The notes under the pieces are model-generated. The model was not told the origin of the DNA. It searched no databases and saw only the letters and a list, made by a program, of their open reading frames with translations. Below are positions 21,882 to 31,450 of a DNA stretch of 64,000 nt, piece after piece. Both the position numbers and the translations under genes were made by a program. Position 1 is the first letter of the stretch, and every line of letters starts with the position of its first letter. The stretch is taken from the NCBI GenBank assembly GCA_963767005.1, contig CAVYCN010000003.1, positions 393,576 through 457,575 of the forward strand, given 5' to 3'. Origin of the DNA: an uncultured Actinomycetes bacterium (GTDB lineage Bacteria; Actinomycetota; Thermoleophilia; UBA2241).

Positions 21882-22913
21882 CTAGCCGACCGTGAGGTCG
21901 GCCGTCCTGACCGGCCGGCCGCCGTCGCGCAGCGAGCGCTCCATGGCTTCGAGCACCCGCACCACGTTGAGCCCGTCGCGACCGTCCGACAGCGGCTTGC
22001 GACCCTCGCGCACGCACTCGACGAAGTGCTCGACCTCGAGCTTGAGGGGCTCGTCGTTGGCGATCCGCGGGATGTGGATGTCGCCGAAGCGCAGCGTGAC
22101 GTACTCGCCGTACGACTGGTAGGCCGGCACCACCGCCGCCTTGTCGTAGACGGTGACCTTGCGATCGGCGTCCATGTCGTCGAAGACGGCCATCTTGTCG
22201 GAACCGACCACCGTGATCTTGCGCGTCTTGTGCGGATCGAGCCAGCTCACGTGAAGGTGGCCGATCATGCCCGACGGGTAGCGGATGTAGCCGAACACGA
22301 CGTCCTCGACGCCGGGCTGCAGGTAGCACTCGCCGCGCGCCGAGACCTCTTCGGGCTCCTCGCCGGTCAGGTAGTTGATGACCGAGATGTCGTGCGGCCC
22401 CAGGCTCCACAGGGCGTTCTCGTCGGGCCGCACCTTGCCCAGGTTCAGGCGGTTCGCGTACACGTAGAAGATGTGGCCGAGCTCGCCGGCGTCGAGCAGC
22501 TCCTTCACCTTGCGCACAGCCGGGTGGTACTCGAGCAGATGGCCGACCATGAGCAGGCGACCGCACGCCTCGGCGATGCGCACGAGGTCTTCGGCGTCGG
22601 CCGCCGTGACCGCCATCGGCTTCTCGATGAAGGCGTGCTTGCCGGCCTCGAGCACGCGCTTGCCGAGCGCGTAATGCGTCGGCACCGAGGTGGCCAGCAC
22701 GACGGCGTCGACCGTCGGATCGGCGAGCACGTCGTCGAGCTCGCCCGTCGCCGCCGCGTCGGGGAACTGGGCCTTCGCCCGGGCGAGGACCTTGTCGTCG
22801 GCGTCGCAGCACCAGGCGAGCTCGGCGCCGGCCAGACGGTCTACGTTGCGCGCCAGGTTGGGCCCCCAGTAGTTGAGGCCCACCACGCCGATCCGCACGG
22901 GGTCAGCACTCAT
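21882..22913 (-). CDS. Gfo/Idh/MocA oxidoreductase (WbpB-like)
   Basis: GLNYWGPNLARN, EKPM, GHLLEYHP and PHDIS. Confidence 0.9.
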   Translation of the reverse strand: MSADPVRIGVVGLNYWGPNLARNVDRLAGAELAWCCDADDKVLARAKAQFPDAAATGELDDVLADPTVDAVVLATSVPTHYALGKRVLEAGKHAFIEKPMAVTAADAEDLVRIAEACGRLLMVGHLLEYHPAVRKVKELLDAGELGHIFYVYANRLNLGKVRPDENALWSLGPHDISVINYLTGEEPEEVSARGECYLQPGVEDVVFGYIRYPSGMIGHLHVSWLDPHKTRKITVVGSDKMAVFDDMDADRKVTVYDKAAVVPAYQSYGEYVTLRFGDIHIPRIANDEPLKLEVEHFVECVREGRKPLSDGRDGLNVVRVLEAMERSLRDGGRPVRTADLTVG

Positions 22914-22957
22914 GGGGCGTCACCATCCTTTGTCGCGGACGGGCCCGCCGTCTCGCG

Positions 22958-24223
22958 TCAGAGCTTCCAGACCTTGCCGGCGCCGTCGAGGCCGGCGGTG
23001 GCGTTGCGCAGGTCGACTACGAGCCGCGCCTTGCCGACCACGTCGGCGTAGTCGATCTTCGTGTGGGCCGTCACCACGATCACGACGTCGTAGGCGCCGA
23101 GGCCATCGCCGCCGTCGAGGTCGACGGAGCGCAGGTCGAACGCCGGCAGCTCGGCCACGAAGGGGTCGTGATAGTCGACCGCCGCGCCCTGGCTGCGCAA
23201 CTGGCGGATGATCTTGAGGGCGGGCGACTCGCGCAGGTCGTCGATGTCGGCCTTGTAGGCCACGCCCAGCACGAGCACCCTGGCGCCGTGCAGCGCCTTG
23301 CCCTGAGAGTTCAGGGCGCGCGTCACCTTGGCCACGCAGAAGTACGGCATGTTCTCGTTGACCTTGCCGGCCAGCTCGATGAACTCGGTCCAGAAGTCGA
23401 CCTCACGTGCCTTCCAGGACAGGTAGAAGGGGTCGATCGGGATGCAGTGGCCGCCCAGACCGGGTCCGGGCAGGAACTTCATGAAGCCGAACGGCTTGCT
23501 GCCGGCGGCCTCGATGACCTCCCAGATGTCGATCCCTAGACGGTCGCAGAGCATGGCGAGCTCGTTGACGAGAGCGATGTTGACGCTGCGGAAGATGTTC
23601 TCGAGCAGCTTCGTCATCTCGGCCACCTCGGGGGTGGTGACCGGCACGAGCGTGTCGAGCGCCTGGCCGTAGACCTCGAGCACCTTGGCCGTGCAGGCCG
23701 GCGTGAGGCCGCCGACGACCTTGGGCGTGGTCTTGGTCGTGTAGTCGGTGCGGCCGGGGTCGACCCGCTCCGGCGAGAAGGCGAGATGGAAGTCGACGCC
23801 GGCCTTGAGGCCCGACCCCTCCTCGAGCAGCGGGGCGAGCTCGTCGCGCGTGGTGCCCGGGTAGGTCGTGCTCTCGAGGCAGACGAGCTGGCCGGGGCGC
23901 ACGTGCCCGGAGAGCATGGCGGTGGCCTGCTTGACGAGCGTCAGGTCGGGCTCGCGGTTGGCGTTGAGCGGCGTCGGCAGACAGATGATGTCGGCCGCGC
24001 AGCCTTCGGTCGCGGCGTAGTCGGTCGTCGCCCGCAGAATGCCGCGCGAGACGACCGCCCGCAGCGCCTCGTCGGACACGTCGACGATGTACGAGTCGCC
24101 GCGGTTGACCGCGGCGCAGCGCCCGGCGTCGGCTTCGATGCCGACGACCTCGACACCCGCTTCGGCGAAGGTGACCGCCAGAGGCAGGCCGACGTAGCCC
24201 ATGCCGATGACTGCGATCTTCAC
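22958..24223 (-). CDS. Nucleotide-sugar 6-dehydrogenase (WbpA-like)
   Basis: GMGYVGLPLA, ESTTYPGTT, FSPERVDPG, GGHCIPIDP and AYKADIDDLRESP; GTG 24223 after GGGAG. Confidence 0.93.
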   Translation of the reverse strand: MKIAVIGMGYVGLPLAVTFAEAGVEVVGIEADAGRCAAVNRGDSYIVDVSDEALRAVVSRGILRATTDYAATEGCAADIICLPTPLNANREPDLTLVKQATAMLSGHVRPGQLVCLESTTYPGTTRDELAPLLEEGSGLKAGVDFHLAFSPERVDPGRTDYTTKTTPKVVGGLTPACTAKVLEVYGQALDTLVPVTTPEVAEMTKLLENIFRSVNIALVNELAMLCDRLGIDIWEVIEAAGSKPFGFMKFLPGPGLGGHCIPIDPFYLSWKAREVDFWTEFIELAGKVNENMPYFCVAKVTRALNSQGKALHGARVLVLGVAYKADIDDLRESPALKIIRQLRSQGAAVDYHDPFVAELPAFDLRSVDLDGGDGLGAYDVVIVVTAHTKIDYADVVGKARLVVDLRNATAGLDGAGKVWKL

Positions 24224-24338
24224 TGTCCGCTCCCGTTCGAGGTGCCGGTCGAGGCCCGGTCGCGGTGCGGCCGGGATGTCAGATTCTATCCCATCGGTCG
24301 GAGGCTGGTCGGTGACGCCGCCCACGTCTCGCGGCGCG

Positions 24339-25430
24339 TCACCGCAGCGAATACCGGCGCCGCTCGTTCTCGCAGGGCGGTCCGGCACAGACGTCGACGG
24401 TCAGGGCCTGCGGGTCCCAGATCATGCTGGCCGTGGTCATGTCGCGCTCGCCGGGCGGCACGCTCGGATCGGGGTGACCGCAGATCGAGGTCGCGTCGGC
24501 GACGCCGTCGTGGTCGCTCATGATGGCGCACAGCAGCTCGTGCGGATCGTCGCCGCGGGCGAGGCCGGCGTCGAGCAGGGCGCCGGCGCGCTCCAGGCGG
24601 CGGCGGGTCCCCGCCGAGGTCGAGGTGTCGTGGGCCACCATGTCGGGGTGCACGTAATGGTTGGTGTGGACGAGGCGATCGTCGCCCTCGATCGTGGCGG
24701 CCGCCGTGGCCGAGGTCTCGACGTCGAGCAGCCGGCCGGCGGCGTCGATCAGGAGGGCGTTGGAGCCCCGCGCCCGCGTCGGCAGCAAGAGGCGCTCGCG
24801 GGCGTCGTCGAGCGAGCGCGCCTCGAGCAGGTGGCGGCGTATCAGATTGTTGGGCACGCCGATGCGCTGGTCGTCGGCGTAGACCGTGTTGCCGCCCGTC
24901 GCCACGCCGTGCGAGTTGAGGCCGGTCGGCGGCAGCAGGCAGGCCGAGGCCATGGCCAGGATGCTCGTGCCGTCGTCGGTCGTGATGCGCAGCAGCACGT
25001 TCTTGTCGACGTCGCCGGCCCACCAGTCCTCGTTGTGGGCGAGCAGGCAGCGGCCGCCGGCGCGCAGCCCCACCGACGTGCAGTGCGCGCCGTGGCCCGG
25101 GCGCTGCGGCTCGGCGGCCGCGCCCGGGTCGCTGTTGCAGGTCAGCTCCTCGCCGAGGTTGGGAACGAGCAGCCGCGAAAGCGGCACGCCCGCCCCCTCG
25201 GCCATGCCCTCGAGCTCCTCGACCACACCGGGCAGGGCGTCGCGCGCGGCCGTCAGGTAGGCCAGGCTTTCGCGCTCGGCGAGGGCGAAGCTGATGCCCC
25301 CCATGGCCTCGTGATACTCCTCGTAGTAGGCGAGGCCGGCAACGATCAGGTCGCGCGCCGCCTCGCCGATCTGGCGCCCGATCTCATGATGGCTGCCGCT
25401 GGCTTCGACCTCGATGAAGGGGATGCTCAC
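24339..25430 (-). CDS. Peptidase C45 / acyltransferase-like Ntn hydrolase
   Basis: GSHHEIGRQIG, EELEGMAEGAG, H|CTS nucleophile, AHNEDW, GLNSHG and HTNHY. Confidence 0.88.
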   Translation of the reverse strand: MSIPFIEVEASGSHHEIGRQIGEAARDLIVAGLAYYEEYHEAMGGISFALAERESLAYLTAARDALPGVVEELEGMAEGAGVPLSRLLVPNLGEELTCNSDPGAAAEPQRPGHGAHCTSVGLRAGGRCLLAHNEDWWAGDVDKNVLLRITTDDGTSILAMASACLLPPTGLNSHGVATGGNTVYADDQRIGVPNNLIRRHLLEARSLDDARERLLLPTRARGSNALLIDAAGRLLDVETSATAAATIEGDDRLVHTNHYVHPDMVAHDTSTSAGTRRRLERAGALLDAGLARGDDPHELLCAIMSDHDGVADATSICGHPDPSVPPGERDMTTASMIWDPQALTVDVCAGPPCENERRRYSLR

Positions 25431-26578
25431 GTAAGACCGTCCTTGCCGTGCTTGCCCATGTTCTCGCCGGCGGCGACGCTCCCTGCCTCGCCGCCGCCGT
25501 CCGTGCACTCGAGCCAGACACCCAGCGCGGCCGCGATGCGATCGCCGGCGTCGCCTGTGCCGTAGAAGTCGGGGTGTGCGGGGCCCCTGGGCGGGTCGAG
25601 CAGGGCGGCCGCGACGGCGTCGCGGTCCGTGCCGGCCAGCACGTTCCAGCCGCTCGTCACCGTCTCGACCCACTCGCTCGTGTCGCGCAGGGTCACGCAG
25701 GGCACCGCGAAGAAGTATGCCTCCTTCTGCAGGCCGCCGGAATCGGTCGCCACCACGCGGGCGTTGCGGGCGAGGGCGAGCGCTTCGGCGTGGCCGACCG
25801 GGTCGACCAGCCGCAGACCCGGACCCGCCACGTGGTCGAGGCCGAAGCGGGCGATGCTCGCCGCCGTGCGCGGGTGCAGCGGCAGCACGACGGTCTCGCC
25901 GCTGTCGCTCAGCGCCTCGATCACCGCGCGCAAGGCCGCCGGGTCGTCGGCCGTGGCCGGCCGGTGCACGGTCGCCAGCACGTACCGGCCGGGCTCGAGG
26001 CCGAACCGTGCGAGCGCCGCGCGCTCGCGGTCGGGCGTGAGGCTCGTCATCGCCAGATCGAACATGACGTCGCCGGTCTCGACCACCCCGTCGACGATGC
26101 CCTCGCGCCCGAGGTTGGCGACGGCGGTGTCGGTCGGGCAGAACAGCAGGCTCGACAGGTGGTCGGTCAGGACGCGGTTGACCTCTTCGGGCATGCGCCG
26201 GTCGTAGGAGCGAAGCCCGGCTTCGACGTGGGCGACCGGCACGTTCAGCTTGGCGGCGGCGAGGGCGCCGGCGAGCGTCGAGTTGGTGTCACCGTACACG
26301 AGCACGAGCGCCGGCCGCAGGTCGACGATCGCGTCGGCAACGCCGGTGAGCATGGCGGCCGTCTGGGCGGCGTGGCTCCCGGAGCCGACGCCGAGCTCGA
26401 TGTCGGCGCGCGGCAGGTCGAGCTCCTCGTAGAAGGCACCCGCCAGCAGGTGGTCGTAGTGCTGCCCGGTGTCGAGCAGCACCTCGCGCGCCACCGCACG
26501 CACGGCGCGCGACACCACGGCCGCCTTGATGTACTGCGGCCGGTTGCCGACCACCGAGAGGACCACGCGACGCGTCAC
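25427..26578 (-). CDS. wecB: UDP-N-acetylglucosamine 2-epimerase, non-hydrolysing (WecB/WbpI-like)
   Basis: GNRPQYIK, TGQHYD, GDTNSTLA, HVEAGLRS and TDSGGLQKEA. Confidence 0.93.
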   Translation of the reverse strand: MTRRVVLSVVGNRPQYIKAAVVSRAVRAVAREVLLDTGQHYDHLLAGAFYEELDLPRADIELGVGSGSHAAQTAAMLTGVADAIVDLRPALVLVYGDTNSTLAGALAAAKLNVPVAHVEAGLRSYDRRMPEEVNRVLTDHLSSLLFCPTDTAVANLGREGIVDGVVETGDVMFDLAMTSLTPDRERAALARFGLEPGRYVLATVHRPATADDPAALRAVIEALSDSGETVVLPLHPRTAASIARFGLDHVAGPGLRLVDPVGHAEALALARNARVVATDSGGLQKEAYFFAVPCVTLRDTSEWVETVTSGWNVLAGTDRDAVAAALLDPPRGPAHPDFYGTGDAGDRIAAALGVWLECTDGGGEAGSVAAGENMGKHGKDGLT

Positions 26579-26730
26579 ACCCTGCTCCCTTCGCATCCGC
26601 TGCCGGTCAAGTCTAACCCGGACCGGGCCCCGCCCGCGCGGCCCCTCGGCTCCGCATGCGCCGCGCCGGCGCCCTCCGGCGACGGCGCGGCAAACCCCCG
26701 GCGCTCCTCCCGCAGGGGTACAATCTGGTG

Positions 26731-27273
26731 ATGAACGAGCGTCCCGACCACGTCGTCGAAGGGCTGCCGAGCGACCTCGACCGGTTCCTGCGCGACTTCT
26801 TTCCCCGCAAGCGCTGGCAGGCGCGCGTGCAGTACGACCACCGCGCGCGGCGCTTCTTTCTGGACGTCACGGTGAGCGACGACGGCCTCGCCGGCGACGA
26901 TCGCTTTCTCTCGCTGCTCGCCTACTACTGGCGCGGCCAGCGTGCCCTGCTCGAACAGAACCTCGGCCTCGAGCTGCAGTGCCGCCTGTACTCGGGAGAG
27001 GGCGCCGACCTCACCCAGCGCCTGCGCACCGCCGAGTCGAGTTACCTAGACGACGGCCAGCGCAACTCGGCCATGAGCCGCGAGCTCGCCTGGCTCGGCT
27101 TTCGCCGGCGCTTCGTGCGCGACCTCGTGCCGCGCACGCTCCTGTGGGCCGCCGCGATCGCGCTCATCGTGCTGGTCCTGGGCCTCGACCTGTGGACCGC
27201 GCTGCTGCTCTGCATCGTCGCGCTGGTCGTGCAGGTCACGCTCAGCTCGGTCCTGCCGGGCCGCGCCACCTGA
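26731..27273 (+). CDS. Hypothetical membrane protein, probably leaderless
   Basis: TACAAT lies 6 nt before ATG 26731; two C-terminal TM helices. Confidence 0.7.
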   Translation: MNERPDHVVEGLPSDLDRFLRDFFPRKRWQARVQYDHRARRFFLDVTVSDDGLAGDDRFLSLLAYYWRGQRALLEQNLGLELQCRLYSGEGADLTQRLRTAESSYLDDGQRNSAMSRELAWLGFRRRFVRDLVPRTLLWAAAIALIVLVLGLDLWTALLLCIVALVVQVTLSSVLPGRAT

Positions 27274-27350
27274 GAGGGTCAGCGGCCCTGGCTCGGGCGC
27301 GCGGCCGCCGGGCGCCGGTCCCGGGGCCATCGAGTAAGATGAGCGGCGTG

Positions 27351-28682
27351 ATGGAGCTGCTCCCTCGCCTCACCGCCCGTTCCGTGGCGGGTGCCGTGCG
27401 CCTGGCCGGCGCCGGCCAGGCGAGCAGCATGCCCGGCAAGGTCGTGAACCGCCTGTTCCCCGGCTACCTCGCGGCCCACGCGCGCCACCTGACCAAGGGT
27501 TTCGCCGTGGTGACCGGCACGAACGGCAAGACCACGACCGCCAACATGGCGGCCCGTGCGCTGGCCGACGCCGGCCGCGACATCGTGCACAACAGCGAAG
27601 GCGCCAACCTGCTGTCGGGCATCGCCACCGCCTTCGCCCGCCGGCCCGACGCCCGGTTCGCGCTGCTCGAGATCGACGAGGCGATCGTGCCGGCCGCGCT
27701 CGACGCCCTCGGCCGGCCGCGGGTGGTCGTGCTCTCCAACCTCTTCCGCGACCAGCTCGACCGCTACGGCGAGGTCGACCGCCTCGCGGCCGGCTGGCTG
27801 ACCGCCCTGCGGCCGCTCACCGGGACCGTGCTCGTGGCCAACGCCGACGACCCGATCGTCGCCTGGGTGGCACGCGAGTCGGGCTGCCTCACCCTGTACT
27901 TCGGCGTCGACGTGCGCGACGGCCGCGCCGAGCGCGAGGTGAGCGACGTCGCCATCTGCCCGCGCTGCTCGACCATGCTCGAGTACACGTCGCGCTGGCT
28001 GTCGCAGCTCGGCGACTACCGCTGCCCGTCGTGCGGTTTCGCGCGACCGCCGCGCGACCTCGAGGCGCGCGGCCTGCGCACGGTCGGTGGGCACGCGGAG
28101 GCGGAGCTCGCCGGCCTCGCGGCCGGCGAGCTCCGCCTCCGCGTGCCCGGCCTCTACAACGTCTACAACGCCCTCGCCGCCCTCGCTCTCACTCAGCGGC
28201 TCGGCGTCGCGCCGGCGTCGGCGCTCGCCTCGTTCGCCGCCTACCAGCCGGTGTTCGGGCGCTGGAGCCGGGTGCGGCGCGACGGTCTCACCGTCCAGGT
28301 CAACCTCGTCAAGAACCCGGCCGGCATGAACCAGACGCTCCGCGCCCTGGCCGAGGTCGAGGGCGCCAAGACGCTCGTCTTCGTGCTCAACGACAACATC
28401 GCCGACGGTCGCGACATCTCGTGGATCTGGGACGCCGACATGGAGGAGCTCCTGCCGGCCGCCGATCTCGTCGTCACGACCGGCACGCGCCGCGGCGAGA
28501 TGGCGCTCCGGCTGAACTACGCCGGCGTGCCCGACGAACGGCTCGAGACGGTCTCGTCGCTCGCCGACGCGCTGCGCCTGGCCGCCGCGCGCGGCGCGAC
28601 CGACGTCTACCTGCTGCCCACCTACACGGCCCTGAAAGAGGTCCGCGCGAGCCTCGCCGGCTGGGAGGTGGTGCGCCAGTGA
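27351..28682 (+). CDS. murT: Lipid II isoglutaminyl synthase ligase subunit
   Basis: VTGTNGKTTT, GANLLSG, NLFRDQLDRYGE, CPRC...CPSC zinc finger, KNPAG and DGRDISWIWDAD. Start is between 27339 and 27351. Confidence 0.92.
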   Translation: MELLPRLTARSVAGAVRLAGAGQASSMPGKVVNRLFPGYLAAHARHLTKGFAVVTGTNGKTTTANMAARALADAGRDIVHNSEGANLLSGIATAFARRPDARFALLEIDEAIVPAALDALGRPRVVVLSNLFRDQLDRYGEVDRLAAGWLTALRPLTGTVLVANADDPIVAWVARESGCLTLYFGVDVRDGRAEREVSDVAICPRCSTMLEYTSRWLSQLGDYRCPSCGFARPPRDLEARGLRTVGGHAEAELAGLAAGELRLRVPGLYNVYNALAALALTQRLGVAPASALASFAAYQPVFGRWSRVRRDGLTVQVNLVKNPAGMNQTLRALAEVEGAKTLVFVLNDNIADGRDISWIWDADMEELLPAADLVVTTGTRRGEMALRLNYAGVPDERLETVSSLADALRLAAARGATDVYLLPTYTALKEVRASLAGWEVVRQ

Positions 28683-29554
28683 CCGGTACCCCGGCGGCGC
28701 CGGGCCGTCCGGCGCCGGGCCACGACGCCCTGATCACGGCCGTCCACCTGTTCCCGACCACCATGAACACCTACGGCGATCGCGGCAACGTGGCCGCCCT
28801 CACCCGGCGCGCCGACCTGCGCGACCTCGGCCTGCGCTGGCAGGCGGTCGAGCTCGGCGACGAGCCCCCCGCCCGCTGCGACCTCGTCTTCATGGGCGGC
28901 GGCCAGGACCGCGTGCAGCACGCGGCCGCCGCCGACCTCGCCCGCCTGCGGCCCTGGCTCGCCGGTGTGATCGACGACGGCGGCGTGGTCTTTGCCGTGT
29001 GCGCCGGCCTGCAGCTTCTCGGCCGCCGCTACGTGGCGGCCGACGGCAGCGAGCTCACCGGCCTCGGTCTGCTCGACCTCGAGACGCTCGCGGCCAAGCC
29101 CGGCGAGTGGCGCCTGATCGGCAACGTCGTGGCCGAGGTGCCGGCGCCGGCGAGCGTCGCCGGCAGCGGACCGGGCGAGGCCCACCTGCTGGTCGGTTTC
29201 GAGAACCACGGCGGGCGCACGTTCCTGGGAGACGAGCGGCCGCTCGGGCGGGTGCGTTGCGGCTACGGCAACAACGGTCGCGACGGCGGCGAGGGGGTCG
29301 ACGCCGGGCGCGTGATCGCCACCTACCTGCACGGCCCCGTGCTGCCCAAGAACGCGTGGCTCACCGACCACCTGCTGGCCCTGGCCCTGGACCACGCCGG
29401 CGGGGGCGCGCTCGCGCCGCTCGCCTGTGAGCGCGAGGACGCCGCCCAGCGCGAAGCCGTGCGGGTCGCCGAGCGCGACGCCGGTCGACGCCACACCGGA
29501 CGCGGCGCGCTGGCCCGCCTGCGGGCCGCGTTCTCGCGAAGGCCGGCCCGGTGA
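28679..29554 (+). CDS. gatD: Lipid II isoglutaminyl synthase glutaminase subunit
   Basis: MNTYGDRGN, GGGQD, VCAGLQLLG, GFENHGG and YLHGPVLPKN. Confidence 0.92.
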   Translation: MTGTPAAPGRPAPGHDALITAVHLFPTTMNTYGDRGNVAALTRRADLRDLGLRWQAVELGDEPPARCDLVFMGGGQDRVQHAAAADLARLRPWLAGVIDDGGVVFAVCAGLQLLGRRYVAADGSELTGLGLLDLETLAAKPGEWRLIGNVVAEVPAPASVAGSGPGEAHLLVGFENHGGRTFLGDERPLGRVRCGYGNNGRDGGEGVDAGRVIATYLHGPVLPKNAWLTDHLLALALDHAGGGALAPLACEREDAAQREAVRVAERDAGRRHTGRGALARLRAAFSRRPAR

Positions 29555-30408
29555 GCGACCGGCTGCCGCCGCCCACGGCGGACTGTGGCGACGCGCGTCC
29601 CGGCGACGGCGCGACGCCGGTCGACGCCGGGGTCCGCCGCCTGCTGTCGGACTTTCGCAGCCTGCTCGGCCCCGGACCGCGGCCGCGCATCGACGGTCTC
29701 GAGGTCGAGTGCCTCTATCGCACGCGCGGCGACGACGACCGCTCGGAGCTGCCCGAGATCGAGGGTTTCGGCGGCGACTTCGTCGACTTCTTCCGGCCGG
29801 GCTCGCTCGCCCAGCTCGTCGTCACCATGGGTGACGTGCGCGGCAAGGGCGTCGGCGCCGCCGCTCGCGCGATCGCCGTCAAGTACGTGACGCGCGCGCT
29901 CCTGGCCGTGCAGCGCTGGCCGCTCATGCCGGGCGAGGCCCTGCGCGACGTCCACAACGCCCTGCTCGCCGTGCCCCACGAGCCGCACGACTTCGTCACG
30001 CTGTGCATCGCCTCGATCGACGCGCGCAGCGGCAGCGTCGGCCTCGCCACCGCCGGCCACCCGGCGCCCATCGTCCTGCGCGCCCACGGCCTCGAGCGCC
30101 CCCTGCTGCTCGCCAACCCCGCGATCGGCGTGACCGAGGAAGCCGAGCTGCAGGCCCTCTCGACCGACTACGTCGAGCTCGCTCCGGGCGACGCCCTGCT
30201 CCTCTACACCGACGGGCTGTCCGACGCGCGCGACGCCGAGGGCCGCTACTACGAGGACGCCCGCCTCGAAGAGGCTCTCGAGGAGCTGCGCGGCCTGCCG
30301 GCGGCGCAGCTCCTCGAGAGCCTCTTCGCCGACGCCGCCCGCTTCGCCGGACACGCGCCCGCCGACGACGTCGCCCTCGTGCTGATCAGACGGACCGGCG
30401 GCGACTGA
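29551..30408 (+). CDS. Stand-alone PP2C/SpoIIE (RsbU-like) phosphatase
   Basis: GGDFVD, GDVRGKG, AGHP, LYTDGLSD and DDVAL. Confidence 0.9.
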   Translation: MSDRLPPPTADCGDARPGDGATPVDAGVRRLLSDFRSLLGPGPRPRIDGLEVECLYRTRGDDDRSELPEIEGFGGDFVDFFRPGSLAQLVVTMGDVRGKGVGAAARAIAVKYVTRALLAVQRWPLMPGEALRDVHNALLAVPHEPHDFVTLCIASIDARSGSVGLATAGHPAPIVLRAHGLERPLLLANPAIGVTEEAELQALSTDYVELAPGDALLLYTDGLSDARDAEGRYYEDARLEEALEELRGLPAAQLLESLFADAARFAGHAPADDVALVLIRRTGGD

Positions 30409-30519
30409 GCGCCGCGGCGCGAGAAGACGCCGGCGTCAGCCGCGGCGCAGACCACAAAAGGGCTTTAGTGCCGCCGGGATCGGCCGATACACGGGAGCAA
30501 CACGGCTGAGGAGCAGGCG

Positions 30520-30966
30520 ACGGACGGACCAAGGCAAGGCGCGGGGCTTTCGCGCTGGCGACAACAGGATGGCTTCGTGCGCGAAGCCGTGCAGATCGCC
30601 GCGGTCATCGTCATCCTGGCCGTGCTCGTGCTCGACGGCGTCGCGGTCGTGCAGACCTCGCTCGGCGTCCGCCAGAACGCCACCGACGCCGCCAACCAGG
30701 CTCTCTCGACCTACGTACAGACCGAGAGCACCGACATGGCCATGCAGAGCGCCTCGACCTTCCTCAAGCTCCACGACGCTGTGCTGCTGCGCAGCGAGAG
30801 CACCCTGGACAAGAACAACGACCCGTCACAGTCGAGGGTCACGATCACGGCCGCCAAGACGCCCCACACCTACGTCTTCCACTACTTCCAGGCGCTGCCC
30901 TGGGGCATCGGGCCCTGGTTCCACAAGATCCTCCACCCCCAGGCCACCGAGACCAACGCGAGCTGA
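30520..30966 (+). CDS. Hypothetical TadE/TadG-like pseudopilin; start uncertain (ACG 30520 or GTG 30577)
   Basis: In-frame RWRQQDG|FVRE precedes a hydrophobic helix and then ATDAANQA; GAGGAG lies 6 nt before ACG 30520. Confidence 0.5.
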   Translation, partial: TDGPRQGAGLSRWRQQDGFVREAVQIAAVIVILAVLVLDGVAVVQTSLGVRQNATDAANQALSTYVQTESTDMAMQSASTFLKLHDAVLLRSESTLDKNNDPSQSRVTITAAKTPHTYVFHYFQALPWGIGPWFHKILHPQATETNAS

Positions 30967-30976
30967 CGCGGCCGGC

Positions 30977-31450
30977 CTACCAGTCGTCGTCCTCGACGGC
31001 CGGCGGCCGCGAGCCCCCCTCGAGATAGCCGCGCACCTCGGCACGCACCAGCAGATCGAGGAAGCCGTCGACCTGGCGCATCTCGTCCATGGTCTCGCCG
31101 AACGCCGGCAGATCGCCCATGACGAGCGCGTCGACCAGGACCTTCCAGATCGCGTCGCGGATCTGCTGCAGCCCGGCCAGCACGTCGCCGAGGTCGAACC
31201 CGAGGGCGCCGCGGCGCGCGGCGTCGGCGGCGACCTCGCTCTCGATGCGGCGGATGACCGACGGCACCTCGTAGGCCTCGGCCTGCGAGAGGGCGACCAG
31301 ATCGTCGACGATGTGGCGCACGAGCCGCACCCCCAGGGGGCTCGACAGCACGTCGAGGTACTCCGGCCCGACGACATCCCTGAGAGCGACGACCCAGTTG
31401 CCGTGCAACTCGTCGCGGCGGTCGCGCAGGAGCAGGGCGAGCTGTCTCAC
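30977..31450 (-). CDS. Hypothetical all-alpha protein, RsbRD N-terminal-like
   Basis: LLRDRRDELHGNW...RGALGFDLGDVLAGLQQIRDAIW pattern; GTGA coupling to larB. Confidence 0.55.
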   Translation of the reverse strand: MRQLALLLRDRRDELHGNWVVALRDVVGPEYLDVLSSPLGVRLVRHIVDDLVALSQAEAYEVPSVIRRIESEVAADAARRGALGFDLGDVLAGLQQIRDAIWKVLVDALVMGDLPAFGETMDEMRQVDGFLDLLVRAEVRGYLEGGSRPPAVEDDDW

